Shown piece after piece: positions 54,726-64,000 of a stretch of DNA of 64,000 nucleotides. The stretch comes from the human T2T-CHM13v2.0 reference genome, Homo sapiens: the NCBI RefSeq assembly GCF_009914755.1, contig NC_060926.1; one strand, 5' to 3'. A model generated the notes under the pieces. It was not told the DNA's origin. It worked only from the letters and a program-made list of their open reading frames with translations, and did no database searches. Every line of letters starts with the position of its first letter. The first letter of the stretch is position 1. A program made the position numbers and the translations under genes.

Positions 54726-55784
54726 TAATAGCCCAAACAAAAATGGCTCCTATTTTATCAGTTTCTTGGCAATAATTGTCTGTTGCCTAGATGCGTAGCT
54801 TTCCATACATCAAATAAATACTCATTGTCCTTCTGAATTATTCGTACTGTCAAACGTTTCATTCCATTAAATCAGTGATACTTATTTTTTCATTTTTCAG
54901 TGGTAAGTGGTGGGCAGGTAAAGGGTCTTTTAACTTGTTCTTCAAGAACATGTAGTAGCTACAGCCTTTGGATTCACCTTGTATTTCAGATGTCTGTGGG
55001 CTTTCAGGTGGGAAACCTCTCAAGTAAGTCATGAAGCATTAAAATTCAATTAAAGATAAAATAATAGGGTTGTGGCTACTTCATACAGGGAAGACTAGCC
55101 CATATGCGTGAGTGAGGAATTCAGGTGAAAAATATTCATTTTTATGGCTCAATATTTTAGCAAATTTTTAGAATATATACTTAAATATATTTGATCTGGT
55201 TCAATAAGTCAGAATGTTTGGAAATAAAAGACTGAATAATATTCCAATTAATTGAGTATTGACCAGAAAATTTAAAAGGTAGGAGGAAAAATCCTTATTT
55301 AAAAAATTTTTATTCAAAAGAGACACTAACCTTAATATGATATATTCTGGATAGCATATGAAGGAATCCCACATGGAAGGATCAACTGAGTCATTTTAAA
55401 CACGTATTATTTCTCATGTGTACTTTTTTTAAAAAAATGCATTAGAAGACTAGGAGAAAACTAGACATAATAGTTTTCTATCATCATGGAGATGTTGTGA
55501 GAATCATGTAAGATAATACATTGCAAAGTCCTTAGGATGGAACCTATGCATGGCTTCCAAATAAAAGTTAACTAAAATATTCACAACATGATTTAAAATT
55601 TGTTTTCAGAATTTATATATTTTGTTCAAATAGATAACCCAAACTCAGTTTTGAAAATTTATGAACTAAAATAGAAAACATGAAGATGCTATTTTTATAG
55701 ATAATCACATTGATAATAATATAATTTAGAAATTTTTAGTACATTTTAAAAGGGGAGGGTTAATCTTTTTTTTCTTTTAAAATC

Positions 55785-56101
55785 TTTTTTTTTAATTTTA
55801 TTATTATACTTTAAGTTTTAGGGCACATGTGCACAACGTGCAGGTTTGTTACCTATGTATACATGTGCCATGTTGGTGTGCTCCACCCATTAACTCGTCA
55901 TTTAGCATTAGGTATATCTCCTAATGCTATCCCTCCCCACTCCCCCCACCCTGCAACAGTCCCCGGTGTGTGATGTTCCCCTTCCTGTGTCCATGTGTTC
56001 TCATTGTTCAATTCCCACCTATGAGTGAGAACACGCGGTGTTTGGTTTTTTGTCCTTGCGATAGTTTGCTAAGAATGATGGTTTGCAGCTTCACCCATGT
56101 C
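55785..56101 (-). mobile_element. Young primate L1PA (L1PA3/4-like) 3' end, ~320 bp
   Basis: ttattatactttaagttttaggg...cccattaactcgtcatttagcattaggtatatctcctaatgctatccctcccc...cccacctatgagtgagaac, close to consensus. Confidence 0.96.
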
Positions 56102-57519
56102 TCTCTTTTTTTTTTAATCAGTGAGAATCTCACCTAAGGCGTGAAGCTCACCCTTCTCTCTGCCCAGTCTCAAGTCTTCATGGAGCCTGCCCTGACGCCC
56201 AGCCTGCTGAGACCTTTCATTCTCTAGTCAAACGTTTCATTCCATATTGATGAATTAGGTTTTTTTTTCTCAGCACTTTTACTACTTTAGCTCTTTCACA
56301 TTAAAAAAAGTTTATTTATTTCCATTATAATCATACTTTAGCATCTTCGTGATTTTCAGTGCTTTTGTGTTTATCAGCTACGATGGGATGAATAATATTT
56401 ATCAGTTTTTCAAAATGAAGTACAGATACCCTGAACGTACTTCCATGCCGTCTATTAGTGGTAGGCATATTGACCCAGTTCTGCTTTGGAGGATCATTTT
56501 GTTCTTACATCAAAAATTTTCCATTAGACAACCTACTTTACATGATTTATTTCTACATTTCCATTGGGAATTACATTTAGGCAGGACAAACAGTATATAT
56601 ATAGGTGGAGCTACACACAGACCAATTTTCACCATAAGACCCCCACACAAGGTCCTTTGTACTTATATCAATATCCCACTATTCATTGATCTATTCAACT
56701 TATATTCACTGAGAAGACACCACACATTGAATTAACCATTTAAGTAATAGTACGGTATTACCCATGCCATTGATGGTAGTTCAACAGAAATTAGAAAACA
56801 GCTACCATTATAAGCCAGTTTGATAGAAATTTAATTAAGAAAGAATGTCCATACAGCCATATTTTAGGATTCTTCTTATGTAGTGATGGTGGTACATGGT
56901 GTTGACCCCCCACAGAATGGTATGGCATGAAGGCACCCACTTTTCACTGCCACAAAACTAGGGCTTGGTGGCTTAGCCCTTTGCCCTCTGATATATAGTC
57001 CCAACCCAATTAATTAGATACTTATCAAACATTTAGCAAATATATATTAAGCATCTTCCATTAGAAGGCATGGTACTGTTCCCAAGTTGCCAAGCTGTAA
57101 TGAGAGAAAAGAACTGTTCCTGGTATATTACTACAGACAGGCATTGGTGGCCCCAGTTGGGTCTGGGCTAATGCATTCCAATTTCCTGGGTAGCCATACC
57201 CACTTGACCATGCCTGGATTATTTGGTGTTAGGAGTTGCTGAGAAGCATGCAAATAAATGCATTGTATATTATACCCCAGGTTTCACCCTGTGTGAAGTA
57301 AAGAAATGGAGACATTTTTAATGAAAGAGGTTATTCACTGGCTAGTGATCCAATGAGATTTGGGGAATGTCTGCTATCTGACTCTCCTTTCTGGTGAAAA
57401 GTCAAGAATATGCACATGGGAAGATTATAATCCGAATTAGCATTCAGACTGACTTCAGCACTCCCTTTTCCAGTCCCTCAAAACAAAACAACCCATTGTT
57501 TTCCTGGTGCAGTGGTGCT

Positions 57520-58200
57520 CCTCGGCCCTCTCGGGAGGTTAGGATCCACTCGGTGGCTCTGACCTATTTCTCAGCTTCAGGAGGTTAGAGGTTGATTGTG
57601 TTTGGTGCCCCAGAGTTTCCATGATTCTTGCCCCTCAACTTAAAACACTGTGTTTTGAAGTTAACACAACTGAACTGTGGGCGCGTGGCCAATGTGGAGG
57701 CTGGGGAGAGAGGGATGGGTGTCAGGGGGATGTGGCCAGGAGGAAATAAGAGCAAATTCCTCCAAAACGATGTGACAGGAAATGACAGAGTATCAGCCTC
57801 CTACCACCTCACTCGGCCGCTTACGAAGGGAAAAGTCCTTCCTAATCACAGAGCTGTGCCAGAGCGCAGTAGGTGAGGATGATGAAATAATAAAGCATTT
57901 CCCGTATGTGTTTTTCATTAGGACTGTTTTGTTTTTCTTCCAAGTGCTGGGGAAACAGAACAGAAGCCCCGCTTCAACCGGCACCACAGCGGCCGCCTCC
58001 CCTGGGAATAGCAGCTGCGCTAATAGGAGGGGTGCCCTTGGTGGAATGGGTTCTAACACCTTCCTAATGGAAATAATGATTTGTAAAGCTCTCTTTATAC
58101 CCTTTGCTGCATAATTAGTAGCCCAAAGAGCTACAGATTAGAAACGCTGTTCTTACTCCCAACATTTTTGAAAATTTGGCAAAACATTAAATGTTCCGTT
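57520..58200. promoter_or_regulatory. Weak CpG-enriched segment, candidate enhancer or promoter
   Basis: Roughly 18 CpGs by eye in ~680 bp of non-repeat DNA, including GCGGCCGC at 57989-57996. Confidence 0.5.
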
Positions 58201-60911
58201 CTGAGAGCCAAACAGGTAGAGGTCTTTGAATAGTCCCAGCCCTGGCTGGTGGTGCTGGCCCTGAATCACTCAACACTTATTACATAGAAATTAACTGGCT
58301 TGATGTCAATTAGTGAGAATTTGTTAGCAGACATATCCAATGGACCTCCCCTAACCCAGTTTGGTAGTTATTGTGGAAAATATCTAAATACCCTCATCCA
58401 AGCTAACTTAGATAGTATTAGGAGAGGCAAGGTGTGTCAGCCTCCTTTGTGTTTTGTGTGTATGTGTGCATGTGCTTGTGTTTAAGGCCAGGGCTGAACA
58501 TCAATTTTTACCCATCTCTCAGAGAAGATATTTAAGAGGAGCTCAGAAGGAGGCTGGCTAGAAAATTCTCTCTGGCCCTAAGAAATAACCAACCCAAAAT
58601 GCCTGTTGTTAAATGGGTCATAAAAGCACTGGGAAATCAATATCTGACTTTCTGTTTCAGGAATGGTGGCTGCTACATGCAGTTTTAGATCAATCTGCTA
58701 TCGTAATTGTACCCAAGACTCAAATAATTTCCGTGTTAACTCTGGACACTTTGAAGGTGGAAATCTCACTTGTTTATCTTTTTATAAGTAATTGCTCCCC
58801 CCATCCCAATTGGATAGCCCATGTAAAATAAACCATGTGAGAAATAAAATAAGGATTCATTTTATTAAATATCTAGGAGAAGCGCTTGGGTGACCTGAAA
58901 ATGTAATTAAACCTCCAAATAAGCAGATTACTGGCTGAAAAGCGAGATTGATAGATGAACCCCTTCAGCTAAAAGGGATTGCTTAATGGACTGAACGACA
59001 ATCTTGGACTCTGTCCACCTTGGAATTACAGGTCCAGAATCAGGCAGGCTCCACTCCAACACTTCGCCTCCTAAGATAAATGAAGCTGCATGAGGCCGCT
59101 GTGAGGAGAGCCCAGAGGTGAGACCTGTGGCTCCGTGTGGACAGGCAGATGTGCAACACTCCTTATAAAAATAGCCAAAGACGCCCAGAGCAGTGTTTCC
59201 AAGCCTCTTCCTGACTTACTATCCAGGAGGCTTAAATAACTCATTCATCTCAAAAGGTTAAATTTATTTCTGGCTTTTTGAACATAAGATACTAATTGCA
59301 TTAGAAAATGAAGAGCAGAAAATGAAGTTAAAGCCTCAGTAGGACAGACTAAGCTCAAATAATGAAAAATTACCTGTTGTTATTATAGTTGTACTCCTGC
59401 CATTTAAAAAAAGACCAGAGTCTGCCTTCCTTTTTGACAAATATGACAAACTTTCCGACTCTGAGCTTTTTAACCTTTTTTTTTTCTGAAGGAGGTTTTG
59501 GTGAAGTTTTTCATACCATAAATTTTGGCCCCAAGTCTGTAAAACTGATATATTTCAACTTTAAATATTTGCAGCATTTTGGATTTATCATCTTGGTTTT
59601 CTGCTTTGTATCGTTTAGAAACTGGAATTAACTGAGCCTTTCCCTGTAGCTGTGTGACAGTTTCAGAAATTGACAATGTCAAACTGTAATGTCTTTTCTT
59701 TGATACTGATAGGAGTTCTGTAACCTACATGACTGATGCAATTTATCTTAAGATAGAGGCAGCAGCCCTGACTCCAGAAAAGACTGAACCAGTTGCAGTT
59801 GTCTTAGTTTGGTGCTATTGGTCATCCAGGCCTCTTTGCTATCATGGCTAAAGATCAGTCCTTAAGCCAACATCTCACTGGTAAATTCACTCATAGTAAT
59901 TTTGTCCACAACATTTACCCCTAAGAAATTAGCCTAATGGATCCCCCTTGATGAAACTCAGTTTTCCAATCTACTTGTTCAGGACAAGTCATTGCTGTCT
60001 CTCAACCTGTGAAAGACAGAATTCTGTCCTCTTCTCACTTCAGGACAAGAACAAGGGTATAGTCCTTATCCCCATCTAAGTCTGTGAAAAAACATCCTGG
60101 AGGTCATGACCACTTGTGGAGTTTAGCTGGCTAAAAAACTGTACTTTACTTCTTGGTGATAATACATGACATGGAAAAAAAAATAGATCCAAGGCACAAG
60201 GGCCACTCTATAGTCATGTACTCAACCTTGAATAGAGCAAATAATTACTTTGATGCTAAAGACAACTTATCCTCCCAAAGTTCATCATCAGTAAGATTAG
60301 CATTTCCCGAAGCACCTGACTCCATCTTTTGATTGGAGTGACTTCATTTAGCTCTGCAAGTACCCATCTTATGGTTTATCTTTAATCTCAATTAAAGATC
60401 AGTGTTCTTTATATGATTCCATTATGAACTATGAGAGAATGGCTTGATTCTAGGATCAATTTAAGAATTATCAATTTCCAGATTTGGCACAAGAGTCTGT
60501 CTGTGATCTTAACTTCAAGAACTTTGCCAGACCATCTATCAGAATGGAGCCCTTAAAGAGAAGAGACAGTCTGAATGTTGCAGGGATTATTCACAATATT
60601 ATTCAGTTATTACCAAATGTGTATAGTTATGGAAAACAGGACAGAGACTAATGAGATTTGGGAAAAGAGTGATTCCTTATTTTTTTTTAACTTCCTAAGC
60701 TTTATTTCCTAAAGTTTATCAAACAATGAGCTGTTAATATTGTGAGCACATGAACAACTTGACATTTTGGCACCTACTATTACATACTGTGTTCTTTAAG
60801 GAAATACTATGTGAAAGGGTGCACATTGACTCAGAGTTTAGTCCAGATCTTCAATTTCCCATATGACATAAGGCTTACGGGTTGACTAGATTGACTTTTC
60901 AACAACCTGAG

Positions 60912-61170
60912 AGGTGGTTAAGCATCGTGGTTCAGCACATAGTCCCTGGAGCCAGATTGCCTGGGTCTGAATCTCAGCTATGCTACCGACAAGCTGGTGT
61001 ATCCTGAGAAAGTTATGTAGCCCTTCTGTGCCTCAGTTTTCCCATCTATAAAAGAGCGTTAATTCTAATGCTGTTTCATGGAGTTGTTGTAAGGATTAAA
61101 AGAGTTCATGTAGGTCATGAGCTTTGCTTGCTATTTGGCACATAGGAGGTTAGCTTAGGTAGGCATTAGC
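60912..61170 (+). mobile_element. Near full-length MIR
   Basis: ctggagccagattgcctgggtctgaatctcagct...ctgtgcctcagttttcccatctataaaa...gttgttgtaaggattaaa. Confidence 0.9.
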
Positions 61171-62455
61171 TGTTATTATAACTATCTCAGCTCCACTCCC
61201 CGCAGCAAAGGCCTGCTGTGGAGAGAGTTCAGGAGAGCTCTTCTCCAACAATGACAGCCATGGTGGCTGACTGTGCATAGCACACAGTGAGACTTCTGAA
61301 TGTTTCTCTTTACTAGAAATCTCTTCCCACAGTACCCCCCTCATAGTAGCTACTCATTTCAGCTTCCAAAACGTTCTCAGTTCTTCCCTCTCTGGCCAAG
61401 ATCTTCTCTCCTTCTTCCTACCTCTCAGACCTTTTGATTTTTTCCAGGCAGCTTTGTGTCTACATCTGTGTAGGTCAAATAAGTCTCTCAGTTTCTCCAA
61501 GTCTGTGTCTCTTCCTATTATCCCACCCTATCCATTACTCCTCATACAAAATGATCCTCTTTAGAAGGCAGGAGAGGGAGAAAGGCTGTGAATAATTATA
61601 TTTGTAATATTCTTATCTCTGTCACAGTAAATACTTACTAAAATACATGAATATGATCCTATGACTCTTTCTAATCTGAAAGCAATACCTAGAGTCTAAC
61701 CATCGGCATATATTGCAGTGGCAAATTTATTTTTTAAAAATATACTATTCACTGTCAAGCACAATGGCAGCATGATAGAATCATTACTTCATTATTATTT
61801 GTTGTTTTTAAATTACTATAGCAATCTACATTAAGAGACATCCTGAAGTCTATATTTCTCTTTTTACGGAACCATCAGAATGGATTGAAATTAATTTCAA
61901 ATCATTTCTTAAAAAGAGCATTCAGTGTTTCCCTGTTATTCACTACTTGGCTGACAAAGACAAATTCTATTTGGAAACATTATGTGACATTACCTGATAC
62001 TGTTTTCCCATAAAGAGAAAAAAGTGTACCTATTTTTCTGTTTAATGAGCTAAGATAACTGAAGGCTATGGCACTCGATACATCTTGTAGCTTTTATGAT
62101 ATTGTCCAATTTTGCAAGATTCATAATTTACAACTCAGGTAGAGAAACGAGAGGTGGGCATGAATGGAAATTAGAAACCTGTTGGGTAGTACTGTTGAGT
62201 GTGGTGGCTTGATGTTAATTAGGATGAGAGGTTGCATGCTTTGCTCCAAGTGTGCACCACATTGGCAGCAAAGACATATTTGCTCCACCTTCATTACCTC
62301 TGAAGAAGAAAAGTCTACAAAACCCCCAAAGGTTGCCAAAGTTGGCCTTTGCTACCCTCTCCCCACTGCTTTGTTTTCAAATGCATCCTTCTCTAGGTGG
62401 CAGCCCAGATTCCTATCTCCCATCTTTTCCTGGCCCAATCTATTCTCATAATGGC

Positions 62456-62876
62456 TGTGATGCTGGCTGCGCATCAAAAATTTGTGCTCCTCCTTCCATG
62501 TGGCTCTGGAAAGTGGATGCCTAGGAGAGATCGTATTTCCCAGTTCCACGTGCATCTTGGTAGAGCCATGGACTAGTTCTTACCACTAGTCTATGGGCAA
62601 TAAGGTGTATCCAGCTTTGGCCAAGGTGGTTAAGAAGACTTCTTCACACCCTGTCTTTCCTCTTCTGTACTGTTAACAGAGGACGTAAGGATGCCAGGGG
62701 GCCACAGTGTGGAAGGAGTCTAAATCTCTCAGTTTCCACATGGAGGAAAGCTGGCTGCTCACCATGACACCTACCTTGTACTGTTACATGATTAAAAAGT
62801 AAAATATTTTGTGATAAACCACTGAAATTGTATGGTTTGTCAGAGCAGTAAGCTTTATCCCAGCCCAGATAATACA
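62456..62876 (+). mobile_element. MLT1 (J-like) MaLR solo LTR
   Basis: tatttcccag...catggactagttct...gccacagtgtggaaggagtct...aaaccactgaaatt...taataca end. Confidence 0.75.
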
Positions 62877-62903
62877 TTATGGTCCCTATTCATTCTTAGT
62901 GGG

Positions 62904-63316
62904 TGATATAGTTGGATATTTTTCCCCCAAAATCTCATGTTAAAATGTAATCCTCAGTGTTGGAGGTGGGGTATGGTAGGGGGTGATTGGATCATGGGGG
63001 TGGATTTCTCATCAGTGGTTTAGTGCCATCCTCTTGGGGCTGTCCTCATGACAGTGGGTGAATCCCCATGAGATCTGGTTGTTTCAGTATGGTACCTCCC
63101 CGCTGCACTCTCTCTTGCTCCTGCTTTCACCATGTGACATGCCCGCTTTCGCTTCACCTTTTGCTGTGAGTAAAAGCTCCCTGAGGCCTCCCCAGAAGCT
63201 GAGCAGATGTGGGTGTCATGCTCTTACAGAACTATGAGCCAATTAAACATTTTTTCTTTTTAAATTACCCAGCCTCGGGTATTTTTTTTATAGCAATGCA
63301 AGAATGACCTAACACG
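62904..63316 (+). mobile_element. MST (MSTA/B-like) MaLR solo LTR
   Basis: tgatatagttggatattt...aaatctcatgttaaaatgtaatcc...aagctccctgaggcctccccagaagc...gagccaattaaac...ttatagcaatgcaagaatgacctaacac. Confidence 0.92.
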
Positions 63317-63499
63317 GCTGACTAAACACTAATGCCCAGGATTAAGTCAGAGAATGATGACACCCTCCTACTGGAGGATTTGTGTTTTGCTTGGGGGAAC
63401 TGCCTACCCTTGTCCTCTGTCAAATGATAATGTTCATGGTTGTACATGCCAACCACATGGTGACTGACCCTGCCATCCATCAACATGATGAGGAGAAAA

Positions 63500-64000
63500 T
63501 AGGGCTGGTTAGAATCAGAGTTCCTGGATCTGAGTTCTAATAACTTAATACTTAGTGGGTACTGAGCAGGCTATTTAACTCCCAGAGCCATGGTTTTCTC
63601 ATCAGGAAAGTGGGGGGGAGTGTTGTCATGTTCAAGACTTTGGAACCTGACAGCCCCCAGTTTGCGATCTACAAAATCTTTACGAATTCCTTACTCTTTG
63701 TAAGACTTGGTTTTCTCAACTGCAAAATGCAGATAAGAACACCTTTCTTGTGAGCTTATTGGCTTACTCATTCAATAATTTATTTATGCATTCAACAAGT
63801 ATTTACTGAGAACTTTCTCTGTGCCAGACAAAATTACAAATACAGGAATACAATTGTGAACAAGACAAAGTTTATGTCCTTATGAAGCTTATAGTGGCCA
63901 TGGTAGATAATAAACAACAAATAAACCTGTATTCAACTAGTATGGTGAGGTGAAATGAGCTTATGACTGTAAGTCTCTTACACAGTGCCTGGTACATGGT
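63500..64000. mobile_element. Cluster of MIR (+) and L2 (-) fragments
   Basis: MIR cores at ~63510-63610, ~63650-63760 and ~63945-64000. Reverse L2 tail cattcaacaagtatttactgag...tgtgccagac at ~63790-63900. Confidence 0.65.

Noticed and set aside
55760-56116. TSD for the young L1PA fragment
   Set aside because: The flanks are T-rich low complexity, so a TSD cannot be delimited with confidence.
56349-56735. 128-aa ORF in unique DNA
   Set aside because: GTG start, no recognisable domain, AT-rich composition; this length is attainable by chance in 64 kb.

Overview
64 kb of AT-rich, CpG-depleted primate (human-like) non-coding DNA, either intergenic or part of a large intron. I cannot support any protein-coding gene: the supplied ORFs come from Alus, microsatellites, one decayed L1 ORF1 remnant, or chance. 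The window is a mosaic of transposable elements: six Alus, L1 fragments from L1PA to L1ME age, L2, MIR, CR1/L3, MaLR/ERVL LTRs, Tigger1, MER5A/B, MER58 and half a MADE1. It also has microsatellites and a few candidate regulatory patches (CTCF-like motifs and two CpG-retaining segments). Repeat families were recognised by eye from remembered consensus sequences, so subfamily names and the ends of old elements are approximate. I did not find a convincing new biological system. The best-supported unusual structures are retrotransposition fossils: (1) an ancient L1 3' transduction that carried an older MLT1 LTR into a Tigger1 transposon, with a readable second polyA signal, tail and target-site duplication (TSD); (2) a TSD-flanked L1 made only of its 5' 2.2 kb; (3) a short LTR-like fragment that looks retrocopied, with a (CA)n tail. 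There is also a perfect 19-bp inverted repeat in apparently unique DNA.
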